Of a DNA stretch of 64,000 nucleotides, positions 20,807 to 30,703 are shown in pieces. The stretch is from an uncultured Clostridia bacterium (GTDB lineage: Bacteria > Bacillota > Clostridia > TANB77 > CAG-508). The position numbers were made by a program, and so were the translations under genes. The stretch lies in the NCBI GenBank assembly GCA_948560265.1, contig CAOXTD010000002.1, positions 93,580 through 157,579 on the forward strand. The letters are read 5' to 3'. The notes under the pieces were generated by a model, which saw only the letters and a list, made by a program, of their open reading frames with translations, ran no database searches and was not told the DNA's origin. Each line of letters begins with the position of its first letter. Within the stretch, counting starts at the first letter, position 1.

Positions 20807-23027
20807 AATGAATGAATTATTACAATTAAAAGGAAAATTTTTTCAAAAGTCAAATAATTCTAAGCCAGGACCATCAAATCTTCCTAAGGGGGAATATGTT
20901 AAAATTGATCACTTAAAAAACTTAGAAAAACAGTTATTAGATTTGCGAGAATTTTGGAATGATGAAAAATATCTAAATGGGGCATTGATAAGTGTATTTT
21001 ATAAAGATGTTGTAGCAAAAAGTAGAAGAGTTAAAGGATTTCTTTCAAAGGGAGTTAAAACAGCCAATAGTTCAATAGTTGGTGCAAAATTTACAGATGG
21101 AGATAAAAGAAAACATATTATAACACATTATATAACAAAGGAAGTATTAGAAGAAACAATTAATAGAATAAGTGAGTCGATAAAAATTATATCTGAAAAA
21201 TTTGGCAATGAAATTAATTATTATAATATAGAGCAAATAAACAAAAAGAATATTAATATAGAAAAATATGATATTGGCAGAAATAATTTTGTTAATATTG
21301 TAGTTGATTCATTTTATGTTGAAAAATTTTCAATTTTAGAGGAGAAAGATGATATAAATCAAAATTCACTTATTACAATATATAAGACAGATATTGATAC
21401 CAAAGAATTGTTAGAAAAAATAGGAATAAATATATTCTCATCAAGAATATTAGACGAAACGACTATATTTTTAACACCAGATCAATTAAAAATATTAAAA
21501 AATAATGCACCATATTTAATAGCAATGAAAGTGAGTGATTTATCTAATTATAATTATGAAGATTTTTTTGCAGTAGAAGATTTGAAACCAATCTCAATCC
21601 CAGAGCCAACTAATGAACCTATAATAGGAGTAATAGATACATTATTTGATAAAAGAGTTTATTTTTCAGATTGGGTAGAGTTTGTTGATAAAACAGATGT
21701 TAATATACCTATAGAAAATAAGGACTATGAACATGGAACGGAAGTAACATCAATTATAGTAGATGGACCACAAATTAATCCAGAAATGGATGATGGATGT
21801 GGGAGATTTAGAGTTAAACATTTTGGAGTAGCTAGAGCAACTCAAATGAGTTCATTTTCAATTTTGAAAGCAATAGAAGAAATTATTTCAAAAAATAAAG
21901 ATATACATGTTTGGAATTTATCTTTAGGATCTTCATTAGAAGTAAATTCTAACTTTATATCTCCAGAAGCTGCTTATTTGGATAAGATACAATATGAAAA
22001 TAATGTGATATTTGTTATTGCAGGAACAAATAAAACAAGAGAAGATATAGAGAGAATAGGTGCACCTGCAGACTCAATAAATTCTTTAGTTGTTAATTCA
22101 GTTAATATGAGAGGTGAACCAGCTACATATGCAAGAAAAGGTATAGTTTTATCTTTTTTTAACAAACCTGATATTAGCTACTATGGTGGAGATGAAGACA
22201 AATATATGAGAGTATGTGGACCGACTGGTGAAGGTAGGGTTACAGGAACATCATTTGCAGCACCTTGGATTGCTAGAAAGATGGCATATTTGATTGAGAT
22301 ATTAGGATTTCCTAGAGAAGTTGCAAAAGCATTACTTATAGATTCTGCAACTGGATGGAATGAGCAAAATTCAAATGAATTATCATGTTTAATCGGTTAT
22401 GGAATTGTACCTAAAAGAATTGAGGACATATTAAAGACATCTAATGATGAAATAAAATTTATTTTATCTGGCGAATCAGAAAAATATGATACATATAATT
22501 ACAATATTCCTGTACCAATATATGGAGATAAACATCCATTTATTGCTAAAGCTACAATGTGCTATTTTCCTAACTGTTCTAGAAATCAAGGGGTAGATTA
22601 CACTAATACAGAATTAGACATATATTTTGGGAGAATAGGAGAAAAAGGAATACAGTCTATAAATGAAAATACGCAATCAATAGAAGGAGAACATTACTTG
22701 AGAGAAGAAAATGCAAGAAAGTATTATAGAAAATGGGATAATGTAAAACATATTAGACAAGTATATAAAGAAGGAATAAGACCTAAAAAAGCTTATGGAA
22801 ACGGTATATGGGGAATTAGTATAAAAACTAAAGAAAGATTAGAAAAAAGAGATGGAGAAGGCATTAAATTTGGAGTTGTTGTAACTCTTAAAGAAATAAA
22901 TGGAGTAAATAGAATAGATGAATTTATCAATCTGTGTTCACTGAGAGGATGGCTAGTGAATAAGGTAAATGTAGAAAATCAAATCGATATATATAATAAA
23001 GCAGAAGAAGATATTGAATTTGAATAA
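20799..23027 (+). CDS. S8 family subtilisin-like serine peptidase (IetS-like), 742 aa with long N- and C-terminal extensions
   Basis: Catalytic triad in order Asp (VIDTLFD), His (HGTEVTSII), Ser (GTSFAAPWIA); Asn-containing segment AGTN. Confidence 0.75.
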   Translation: MSKMNELLQLKGKFFQKSNNSKPGPSNLPKGEYVKIDHLKNLEKQLLDLREFWNDEKYLNGALISVFYKDVVAKSRRVKGFLSKGVKTANSSIVGAKFTDGDKRKHIITHYITKEVLEETINRISESIKIISEKFGNEINYYNIEQINKKNINIEKYDIGRNNFVNIVVDSFYVEKFSILEEKDDINQNSLITIYKTDIDTKELLEKIGINIFSSRILDETTIFLTPDQLKILKNNAPYLIAMKVSDLSNYNYEDFFAVEDLKPISIPEPTNEPIIGVIDTLFDKRVYFSDWVEFVDKTDVNIPIENKDYEHGTEVTSIIVDGPQINPEMDDGCGRFRVKHFGVARATQMSSFSILKAIEEIISKNKDIHVWNLSLGSSLEVNSNFISPEAAYLDKIQYENNVIFVIAGTNKTREDIERIGAPADSINSLVVNSVNMRGEPATYARKGIVLSFFNKPDISYYGGDEDKYMRVCGPTGEGRVTGTSFAAPWIARKMAYLIEILGFPREVAKALLIDSATGWNEQNSNELSCLIGYGIVPKRIEDILKTSNDEIKFILSGESEKYDTYNYNIPVPIYGDKHPFIAKATMCYFPNCSRNQGVDYTNTELDIYFGRIGEKGIQSINENTQSIEGEHYLREENARKYYRKWDNVKHIRQVYKEGIRPKKAYGNGIWGISIKTKERLEKRDGEGIKFGVVVTLKEINGVNRIDEFINLCSLRGWLVNKVNVENQIDIYNKAEEDIEFE

Positions 23028-23054
23028 TACTAAAATTTGTGATAGGAGAAGAGA

Positions 23055-23624
23055 ATGAACAAAATAGATAATGTAGAATTTTATAAAGATTTATATTTGT
23101 TTGAAATTGCTAGAAAAGAAAATTTAAATTCTAAAATATCAACTTATATAGGACTTTTAACAGTGCTTGGAGGAATTGTTGTCTTTGAATTAGAGAATTT
23201 GTATCAAAATTTAAATGTTAATCCTATAATACAATTTGAACTTATAGTATTGATAATGATAATTTTAGGAATTAATATATATAACTTATATAAGGCTAAT
23301 CATGGTAAAGAATATAAATATTTAGATAATTCTATAGAAGTAAAAAAAGCATTTGTTGAATTGGAAAGATATTATCAGCAATATTATGAATATTTTAAAA
23401 ATGGAGAAGAAACAATAGATTCTTTAATAGAAAGAAAAAAGAAAGAAAAGCTAATAGAAATGTATATTCAATGTAGTGAAGAAAATGCTAGAGTAAATGA
23501 TATTAGGAATGAAGAAACTATGAGATTTATAAATTTTTTTATAATTTCTCTAATTATAGTAGGTATTATAGGAATATATTGTATAACTGTAAAGAAGCCT
23601 ATAGATATTAATATTTTATACTAG
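23055..23624 (+). CDS. membrane protein (2-3 TM helices), unknown function
   Basis: Hydrophobic segments LLTVLGGIVVF, LIVLIMIILGI and FIISLIIVGIIGIYCI. Confidence 0.5.
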   Translation: MNKIDNVEFYKDLYLFEIARKENLNSKISTYIGLLTVLGGIVVFELENLYQNLNVNPIIQFELIVLIMIILGINIYNLYKANHGKEYKYLDNSIEVKKAFVELERYYQQYYEYFKNGEETIDSLIERKKKEKLIEMYIQCSEENARVNDIRNEETMRFINFFIISLIIVGIIGIYCITVKKPIDINILY

Positions 23625-23838
23625 GAGGTGAATTATTATGTCAGATAGTGATACAAAAAAAGAAGTGGATAAAGTTACTCCACCACCAGAACCACAATTA
23701 CCAACTAAGACTTTATGCGAGAGTTTTTCAAAGAAAAACTCTAAAAATACAGAGAAAAGATAGTTAAAAATATAGATATTATTAAATGTAATTGAATAGT
23801 ATAAAATTTAACTAATAAATACAAAATAATTATAATAT

Positions 23839-23880
23839 TAAAGTGCAATTTTTACACTTAAAGTGCAAAAATTGCACTTT
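23839..23880. promoter_or_regulatory. tandem palindromic operator-like sites (AAGTGCA-N5-TGCACTT, twice) overlapping the promoter of the fic gene
   Basis: aaagtgcaatttttacactt followed by aaagtgcaaaaattgcacttt, immediately downstream of a TATAAT at 23831. Confidence 0.55.
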
Positions 23881-23936
23881 AAATATTGATATTATATCTT
23901 ACAACTGATATAATATATATGTAGGAGGTATTTCTA

Positions 23937-25007
23937 ATGGATAAGAAAAAAGATTGGAATTTAGAATTATCAGAATATATTAAACAGGGTGAGCCAAATC
24001 GAGTAGAAAAGACCAAAACATGGGAAACAGCAATAGGTTTGCAAGATGTAGATGGATTAAAACCTTCAAAATACTTAATAAAAACTGCAAAAGAACACAT
24101 TGAAGGAACAATAGATATCGAAGAAGTAAAAACAAGAATAGATGAATACTATGAAGTTCAAGGCAGTAGAAAAAACTTTGAAAAAGAAAACGAAGAAGCT
24201 GATAAAGTTGCAGTAAGAATAACAGAAATATTAAGTGAAAAAGCATTTAATTTTTCACCAACAGAACTATTAAATATTCATAAAAGATTATTCAAAAATA
24301 TATTTGATGGAGCAGGAGTATATAGAGATTATAATTTTACTAAAAAAGAATGGGTATTAAATGGAGATACAGTAATATATGCACCATTTGATACAATAAA
24401 AGAAACATTAGAATACGATTTTGAACAAGAGAAAACCTTTTCATATAAAGGATTAAGCTTAGATGAATCTATAAAACATCTATGTAAATTCACATCAAAT
24501 ATATGGCAAGTACATCCATTTTGCGAAGGAAATACAAGAACAACAGCAGTATTTATAATTAAGTATTTAAGAACTTTTGGATTTAATATTAATGATGAAG
24601 TATTTGCTGAAAACTCATGGTATTTTAGAAATTCATTAGTAAGAGCAAATTACAAAAATTTTGAAAAAAATGTATTTGAAGATACATCATTTTTGGAAAA
24701 GTTCTTTTATAACTTGCTAACAAATGCTAACAATGAATTAAAAAATAGATATACACATATAGATAATATTCAAAGTGCAAATGAAAATAATTTAAAGGGT
24801 AATAATTACACTTTAGAAGAACAGGCAATTATAAACATATTAGAAAATAATCCAGCAACTACTCAAGAAGAAATAGCAAAGCAAATTAATAAATCTTTGA
24901 GAACCATTAAAACATATATGGCAGAAATGCAAGATAAAGGACTGATAGAAAGAAAAAATGGAAAAAAGAATGGTGAATGGATAGTGAAAGGTATAACATT
25001 TAAGTAA
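23937..25007 (+). CDS. Fic/DOC family protein with degenerate active-site motif and C-terminal winged-HTH
   Basis: HPFCEGNTRTTAV versus canonical HxFx(D/E)GNGRxxR. The C-terminal wHTH is LEEQAIINILENNPATTQEEIAKQINKSLRTIKTYMAEMQDKGLI. Confidence 0.7.
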   Translation: MDKKKDWNLELSEYIKQGEPNRVEKTKTWETAIGLQDVDGLKPSKYLIKTAKEHIEGTIDIEEVKTRIDEYYEVQGSRKNFEKENEEADKVAVRITEILSEKAFNFSPTELLNIHKRLFKNIFDGAGVYRDYNFTKKEWVLNGDTVIYAPFDTIKETLEYDFEQEKTFSYKGLSLDESIKHLCKFTSNIWQVHPFCEGNTRTTAVFIIKYLRTFGFNINDEVFAENSWYFRNSLVRANYKNFEKNVFEDTSFLEKFFYNLLTNANNELKNRYTHIDNIQSANENNLKGNNYTLEEQAIINILENNPATTQEEIAKQINKSLRTIKTYMAEMQDKGLIERKNGKKNGEWIVKGITFK

Positions 25008-25052
25008 ATATAATAAATACTAAAAATAGATTCAGTAGAAGGAGAAAATCAA

Positions 25053-26477
25053 ATGGAAAAGAAAGTCGAACATCCAAGAGTATTTATATCTTACTCATGG
25101 TCAAGTAAAGAATATGAAGAAAAAGTCATGGATTTAGCAGTGAAATTACAAGGAGATGGAATTGAAGTTATTATTGACAAATGGATTATGCAACCTGGTA
25201 ATGATACAATAAATTTTATGGAGAAGTGTGTTAAAGATCCTGAAGTTAATTTTGTTTTGATGTTATTAGATAAAAAATATACTGAAAAAGCAGATAGCAG
25301 AAGTGGAGGAGTAGGAATAGAAACTCAAATTATTTCAAATGAAGTATATAATAATGTTGAACAAAGTAAATTTATACCTATTGTTTTTGATAGAGATGAT
25401 GAAGGAAAAATATATGTACCAATTTATCTAAAGAGTAAATTTCACTATGATTTAACACAAGATAATTCTGATGAAGAATATGTAAAGTTAGTAAAACAAA
25501 TATATGGAAGACAAATATATTATAAACCAGAGCTAGGAAATAAACCTAGTTGGGTTGATGAAAGTTTAAATAGTCCGAGTGCTTTAAAATTAAAAATATT
25601 ACAAAATAAGAATAATAAGAGTAGCTTCAATTCTTTGGAAGAAGAGATAAAAAAATCATCTTTAGGTGAAGATGAAACTGAGATTATAGAAAAAGCAGAA
25701 AAAAATAGAGTAATTATAGAAAAATACAATAATTCGATAGAATATAGGAATGCATTAATAGAGATATTTTTTAATAAATATACAGAAGATAATTTTATTG
25801 ATGAAACTTGTGATTTTTATGAGAATATTAAAAACTGGAATAAGCAAAATAGTGGTATAAAACAAGAAATATGGGATGCTTTTATCCATGAAACCTTTAT
25901 ATATTTAATAGCAGTTTTATTAAAAATGAAACAATATAGAACAATAAATATATTTATTACTAAAAGCTATTTTCAACAAGGATATGAGGATAACATTACA
26001 AGTTCTAATAAGTATTTTTATAGTCATAATTATGATATTATCCAAGAATCAAAATGTGAGTTAGATGATAAAAAATATTATAGTGGAATGGCACAAATAT
26101 GGATAGAAAATATTTATGAACCTAAAATAACGAAACAAGAGTTTACCCAGGCAGATGTATTAATTTACAATTTAAATATATTATTATTAAATAAAGAAGA
26201 TTGGTATTGGTTTCCAATTACTTATGTATATAATGGAAATTTTGGATTTAATAGTTCTTTAAAAGATTTTAGCATAAGACTAAAATCTAAATATGAAGTG
26301 AATAAGATGAAAGAATTATTTGGAGTTAACACAATAGAAGAATTAAAAAAATTATTTGATGCAATGAAACCATTTATAGAAAATAGACAAGAAAGGTATA
26401 GATATATAACAGCTTTTGAATATGCAGATTTAATTACAGATTATGTAAAAGTAAATGAAATTGGTATGTTAAATTAA
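25053..26477 (+). CDS. TIR-like (DUF1863/SEFIR-type) N-terminal domain protein with ~340-aa uncharacterised C-terminal region
   Basis: N-terminus RVFISYSWSSKEYEEKVMDLAVKLQGDGIEVIIDKW matches the FISYS TIR-like signature. 45-nt gap after fic, with a GAAGGAG RBS. Confidence 0.55.
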   Translation: MEKKVEHPRVFISYSWSSKEYEEKVMDLAVKLQGDGIEVIIDKWIMQPGNDTINFMEKCVKDPEVNFVLMLLDKKYTEKADSRSGGVGIETQIISNEVYNNVEQSKFIPIVFDRDDEGKIYVPIYLKSKFHYDLTQDNSDEEYVKLVKQIYGRQIYYKPELGNKPSWVDESLNSPSALKLKILQNKNNKSSFNSLEEEIKKSSLGEDETEIIEKAEKNRVIIEKYNNSIEYRNALIEIFFNKYTEDNFIDETCDFYENIKNWNKQNSGIKQEIWDAFIHETFIYLIAVLLKMKQYRTINIFITKSYFQQGYEDNITSSNKYFYSHNYDIIQESKCELDDKKYYSGMAQIWIENIYEPKITKQEFTQADVLIYNLNILLLNKEDWYWFPITYVYNGNFGFNSSLKDFSIRLKSKYEVNKMKELFGVNTIEELKKLFDAMKPFIENRQERYRYITAFEYADLITDYVKVNEIGMLN

Positions 26478-26489
26478 AAAAATATATAA

Positions 26490-26520
26490 ATAAAGTCCGA
26501 ATTATTCGGACTTTATTTAT
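26490..26520. terminator. bidirectional terminator
   Basis: AAAGTCCGAAT/ATTCGGACTTT perfect hairpin flanked by A/T runs. Confidence 0.6.
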
Positions 26521-26522
26521 TG

Positions 26523-26819
26523 CTATTCCTCAAAACATCCCATAACTAACTGAGAACCATCCACAAATCCATTTCTATAATACTTTTCAGTAATATAAGT
26601 CAAATACCTCATAAAATCATCATAAAGAAGATCAAGTTGTTTCTCTACATAAGTTCTATTCTGTTTAGGAATATTCTTCAAAATATTCTCCTTAAAAAAA
26701 TCAAATTTAAATTCATTTTCTCTATCTTGTTTATCTGCATAACACAAACAAGTTTCTTCTCTAAAATCAAACCATTCTTTCAAAATATCATTTTCATTAA
26801 CATTTCTAAAATTAACCAT
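26523..26819 (-). CDS. hypothetical protein co-located with TnpV (TnpW-like position)
   Basis: 98 aa, directly downstream of the TnpV-like gene on the minus strand. Confidence 0.4.
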   Translation of the reverse strand: MVNFRNVNENDILKEWFDFREETCLCYADKQDRENEFKFDFFKENILKNIPKQNRTYVEKQLDLLYDDFMRYLTYITEKYYRNGFVDGSQLVMGCFEE

Positions 26820-26831
26820 ATCTAATTCCTC

Positions 26832-27185
26832 CTACATATATAAAATCTCATTAAAAACAATTTCCTCAGCTCTATTTTTAATATTATTCATAGCCTGAAC
26901 CCATTCCATTTGATGATGCTCTTTTAAATTTTCATCAATATGTTCAAGTTCAGCAAATTGTTTTATAAGTTGATTTACTTTGTCAGTAGTACTTTTATCT
27001 ATCTCAATTAAATGTTGCTTTAAAGTACCGCTTATAAGCAATTCAGTATATAGACCTTTCTTAAAATCTTTTAAATAGTTTAATCTTAACCTTCCATATT
27101 TACCAATACTTCCTTTAGGTTGCTTAGGTAAATATAAGTCAGGAATTAAATAATCTCCTTCTCTGTGATAAATAATTTCATTCAT
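26832..27185 (-). CDS. TnpV-like transposon-encoded protein
   Basis: MNEIIYHREGDYLIPDLYLPKQP resembles the TnpV N-terminus (xYxxVGDYLLPDLxLP). GGAGG RBS before the ATG at 27185; the longer track ORF start is rejected. Confidence 0.6.
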   Translation of the reverse strand: MNEIIYHREGDYLIPDLYLPKQPKGSIGKYGRLRLNYLKDFKKGLYTELLISGTLKQHLIEIDKSTTDKVNQLIKQFAELEHIDENLKEHHQMEWVQAMNNIKNRAEEIVFNEILYM

Positions 27186-27414
27186 TTTCAAAACCTCCAA
27201 ATTATAAAAAATTAAAATGTCCCCAATTTGCAAATGCTATTTTGAATCTATTGTGATACAAGGCTTTTCAGACCTTGGGGACACAATGGGGACAAAAGCA
27301 CCAAAAAATGTCCTAAAAACGCACAAAAGTTCTATAAATTAAAATAGCTACAAACGTTGATATTTAGATAAAAACTTAACTTTTCATTAAATTACAAAAA
27401 ATGCTGCTTAAATC

Positions 27415-27430
27415 CTCATAACCCGAAGGT
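27415..27430 (+). repeat. 16-bp core direct repeat CTCATAACCCGAAGGT (right copy); its right flank is a degenerate tRNA T-arm-like sequence
   Basis: Perfect match to 6588-6603. The surrounding ~45 bp is an imperfect copy of the tRNA-Met 3' region (tttaagttgaaattc vs cgtaagttcgagtc). Confidence 0.7.
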
Positions 27431-27616
27431 TTTAAGTTGAAATTCAACTAATACCCTTAAAAATCAGGAAAATCTAAAAAATATTACAATATTCATTTTT
27501 AATATTTTCCCCATCACTACAATATTTCTACAAACAGTATTTATTTCTCTAGGTAAGAATGATATAATAGTAGAAATCGATTTTATGCAACAAAAAACAA
27601 AGGAAAAAAGAAGTAA

Positions 27617-30316
27617 ATGGATATACATAAATATTTAATAAGGATAAAAGAGGAAGATAAAACGGAAGAAGTTTCCAACTATAGTGTAGACAATGAATAT
27701 GCACATATTAACTTTAAGAATAGTGAAATATCATATACGTATTTAAAGAAAGACATCCAAATCTATAAAAATCCAATAGAAATAGATACTCAGAAATATA
27801 AATTAATGATTAGTCATGGCTATGTATATAATGTTATCAAAGTAATTAAATTTGATTTATATTATAGGATCTTTTTCCAAGATGGCACCTCAATTGTAAT
27901 CCAGGAAGATGAGTTGCAACTAATAGAAAACAATAATACGCAAGCATTATCTATGAATAAATTTGACTATTACAAAGAAATATCCGATATAGTTAGTGTG
28001 AAAACAGAAGAAGGAAACTCAATACTTACTAATGAATATAAAAAGATTAATTTTATATCCAAAAATACAGCCTTATATAAATATTTAAATCCAAAATTCT
28101 CAAATCATAAAATAGGTTTCAATTTCAATAATACTATTTTCCCATTTGGAGCAAATAAATCGCAGTTTAAAGCAGTAAAATGTGCTATGGCTAGTCAAAT
28201 TAGTATTATAGAAGGGCCACCTGGCACAGGAAAAACGCAAACAATATTAAATATCATAGCTAATATTATTAGAAATGGTCAAACAGTAGCGGTAGTATCT
28301 AATAACAATGCTGCAACAGAGAATGTCTATGAAAAATTACAAAAATATCATTTAGATTATTTATGCGCGAAATTAGGCAAAAGAGATAATAAAGAAGAGT
28401 TTATTCAAAATCAAACAGGTCAATATCCTAAATTTTCAGGGGAATTAGCAAATGAAGAGCTAATACAAAATCAGATTATAACTCTAAATCGAGATATGAA
28501 TAGTATATTTGAAATTCAGAATAAGATAGCTAAAATGAGAGAGGAATTAAGTGAAATTAAAACACAACATGAATATTTTAATAAACAACAAAGAGAAGAT
28601 GAAATAATTGTGCCAAAAATTAGAGACGTTAATAAAATTGCTTCAGATGATATTATGAAATTAAAAGTAGAGATTGAAGAAATATCAAAAGTAAATCTTT
28701 GGTTCAAAATAAAGTCGCAATTCTTATATGGAATAGGAAATAGAAAATTTTACAAAAGGACGAAACAAGATGTTATTCAAAGCTATAATAAGTTATTTCT
28801 TATGATAAAAGAAATGGAATTAGAACAAGAAATAAAAAGCAATGAACGAAAATTAAAATCATTAGGAAATAATAGATTAGATTTATTAACAGAAAATTCC
28901 ATGAAATTATTAAATGAACATTTGAGAAAAAAATATGGTCAAAGAACAGAAAGGAAAATATATAAAGCATCAGATTTATATAATGCATCAACAAACTTTA
29001 ATTCTGAGTATCCAATTGTGTTTAGTACAACCTATTCCATTAAAAAATGTTTAAATGAAAATTACAAATTTGATTATATTATTATGGATGAAGCATCACA
29101 AGTGGATCTAATTACAGGAGTTTTAGCTTTATCAGTTGCAAAAAATGCAGTAATAGTAGGAGATTTGAAACAATTACCAAATGTTATTACAACAGAAAAT
29201 AAAAAACTAATAGAAGAGATTTCAAAGAAATATCAAATAGAAAGTAAATATGATTATTTACAACATAGTTTTTTATCATCAGTAAGTCAAACTGTAACTG
29301 ATGCACCAAGAACGCTACTACAAGAACATTATAGATGCCATCCAAAAATCATACAATTTTGCAACAAAAAATTTTATGATGATAAACTCGTTATTATGAC
29401 AGAAGATCAAGGAGAAAAAGATGTGCTTAAAGCATATATAACAACAAAAGGCAATCATGCAAGAGATCATGTTAATTATAGGCAAATTGATGTCATAGAA
29501 AAAGAAATTATGTCAGAGCTCACAAAAGAAATTGATATCAATGATATAGGAGTGATCTCCCCATACAGAGATCAGAAAAAGGAGTTAGATAAGAAATTCA
29601 ATTCCAAATTGAAAATTGATACGATTCATAAATTTCAGGGGAGAGAAGAAGAAGCAATTATCATAACAACTGTAGATAATGAAATAGGGAAATTTGTTGA
29701 CGACCCTAAAATGTTAAATGTTGCAGTAACGAGAGCGAAAAGATATTTACGACTAGTGGTATCAGATAATGAAAAAAATCAAGGAACGAATATAGATGAC
29801 TTATTAAAATATATACAATATAATAATTTTGAGATAGTGAAAAGTAAAACAAAATCTATTTATGATTTACTATATAAAGAAAATAGACAAAAACGTATGG
29901 AGTATTTAAAAAACAAAAAAAGAGTTTCAGATTATGATTCTGAAAATTTAACCTATCATCTAATAGAGAACATTCTAAAAGAAAATGGATACAACAACTT
30001 AGATGTAGCTGTTCATGTTCCTTTGATAGATATTATAGAGACAGATGAGCTTTTAAATGAAGAAGAAAAGAAATTTGTTAGTAATAAATGGACTCATATT
30101 GATTTTGCTATTTTTAATAAAATGGATAAAAGACTAGTTATTGCAGTAGAAGTAGATGGATATTATTTTCATAAAGAAGGAACAAAACAGCAAGAAAGAG
30201 ACAATATTAAAGGAAGGATTTTGAAAAAATATGAAATTCCACTAGTGAGACTTAACACTACTGGAAGTGAAGAAAAGAAAATACTAGAAGAAAAGATTAA
30301 GGAAATTTTCACTTAA
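27617..30316 (+). CDS. SF1 (Upf1/DNA2-like) helicase fused to a C-terminal DUF559/Vsr-like restriction-endonuclease-fold domain
   Basis: Walker A GPPGTGKTQ, motif II IIMDEASQ, VGDLKQLPNV and motif VI NVAVTRAKRY. The C-terminus THIDFAIFNKMDKRLVIAVEVDGYYFHK is a DUF559-like PD-(D/E)xK. Confidence 0.7.
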   Translation: MDIHKYLIRIKEEDKTEEVSNYSVDNEYAHINFKNSEISYTYLKKDIQIYKNPIEIDTQKYKLMISHGYVYNVIKVIKFDLYYRIFFQDGTSIVIQEDELQLIENNNTQALSMNKFDYYKEISDIVSVKTEEGNSILTNEYKKINFISKNTALYKYLNPKFSNHKIGFNFNNTIFPFGANKSQFKAVKCAMASQISIIEGPPGTGKTQTILNIIANIIRNGQTVAVVSNNNAATENVYEKLQKYHLDYLCAKLGKRDNKEEFIQNQTGQYPKFSGELANEELIQNQIITLNRDMNSIFEIQNKIAKMREELSEIKTQHEYFNKQQREDEIIVPKIRDVNKIASDDIMKLKVEIEEISKVNLWFKIKSQFLYGIGNRKFYKRTKQDVIQSYNKLFLMIKEMELEQEIKSNERKLKSLGNNRLDLLTENSMKLLNEHLRKKYGQRTERKIYKASDLYNASTNFNSEYPIVFSTTYSIKKCLNENYKFDYIIMDEASQVDLITGVLALSVAKNAVIVGDLKQLPNVITTENKKLIEEISKKYQIESKYDYLQHSFLSSVSQTVTDAPRTLLQEHYRCHPKIIQFCNKKFYDDKLVIMTEDQGEKDVLKAYITTKGNHARDHVNYRQIDVIEKEIMSELTKEIDINDIGVISPYRDQKKELDKKFNSKLKIDTIHKFQGREEEAIIITTVDNEIGKFVDDPKMLNVAVTRAKRYLRLVVSDNEKNQGTNIDDLLKYIQYNNFEIVKSKTKSIYDLLYKENRQKRMEYLKNKKRVSDYDSENLTYHLIENILKENGYNNLDVAVHVPLIDIIETDELLNEEEKKFVSNKWTHIDFAIFNKMDKRLVIAVEVDGYYFHKEGTKQQERDNIKGRILKKYEIPLVRLNTTGSEEKKILEEKIKEIFT

Positions 30317-30349
30317 AATTAAATTAAAATAATATAAGGAGATAATATT

Positions 30350-30703
30350 ATGAAAAATATATTAATAGAATACCCAAAATGTTCGACATGTCAAAAAGCA
30401 AAAAAGTGGTTAGAAGCCAATAATATTGCATTTGTAGATAGAAACATTATAACAGAAACGCCATCTATAGAGGAGCTAACAGAATGGATAGAGAAAAGTG
30501 GACAAGAAATAAGAAAGTGGTTTAATACCAGCGGACTAAAATATAAAGAATTAAACTTAAAAGAAAAACTGCCAACTATGTCTGACAAGGAAAAAATAGA
30601 ATTACTAGCAAGTGATGGAATGCTCATAAAAAGGCCAATATTCATATCAAATAAAGGAATAGTAAACGGCTTTCAAGAAGCAAAATGGAAGGAAACAATA
30701 TAA
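30350..30703 (+). CDS. ArsC/Spx family protein (CxxC thiol-disulfide redox fold)
   Basis: MKNILIEYPKCSTCQKAKKWLEANNIAFVDRNI...GMLIKRPIFI is Spx/YffB-like. 117 aa. Confidence 0.7.
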   Translation: MKNILIEYPKCSTCQKAKKWLEANNIAFVDRNIITETPSIEELTEWIEKSGQEIRKWFNTSGLKYKELNLKEKLPTMSDKEKIELLASDGMLIKRPIFISNKGIVNGFQEAKWKETI

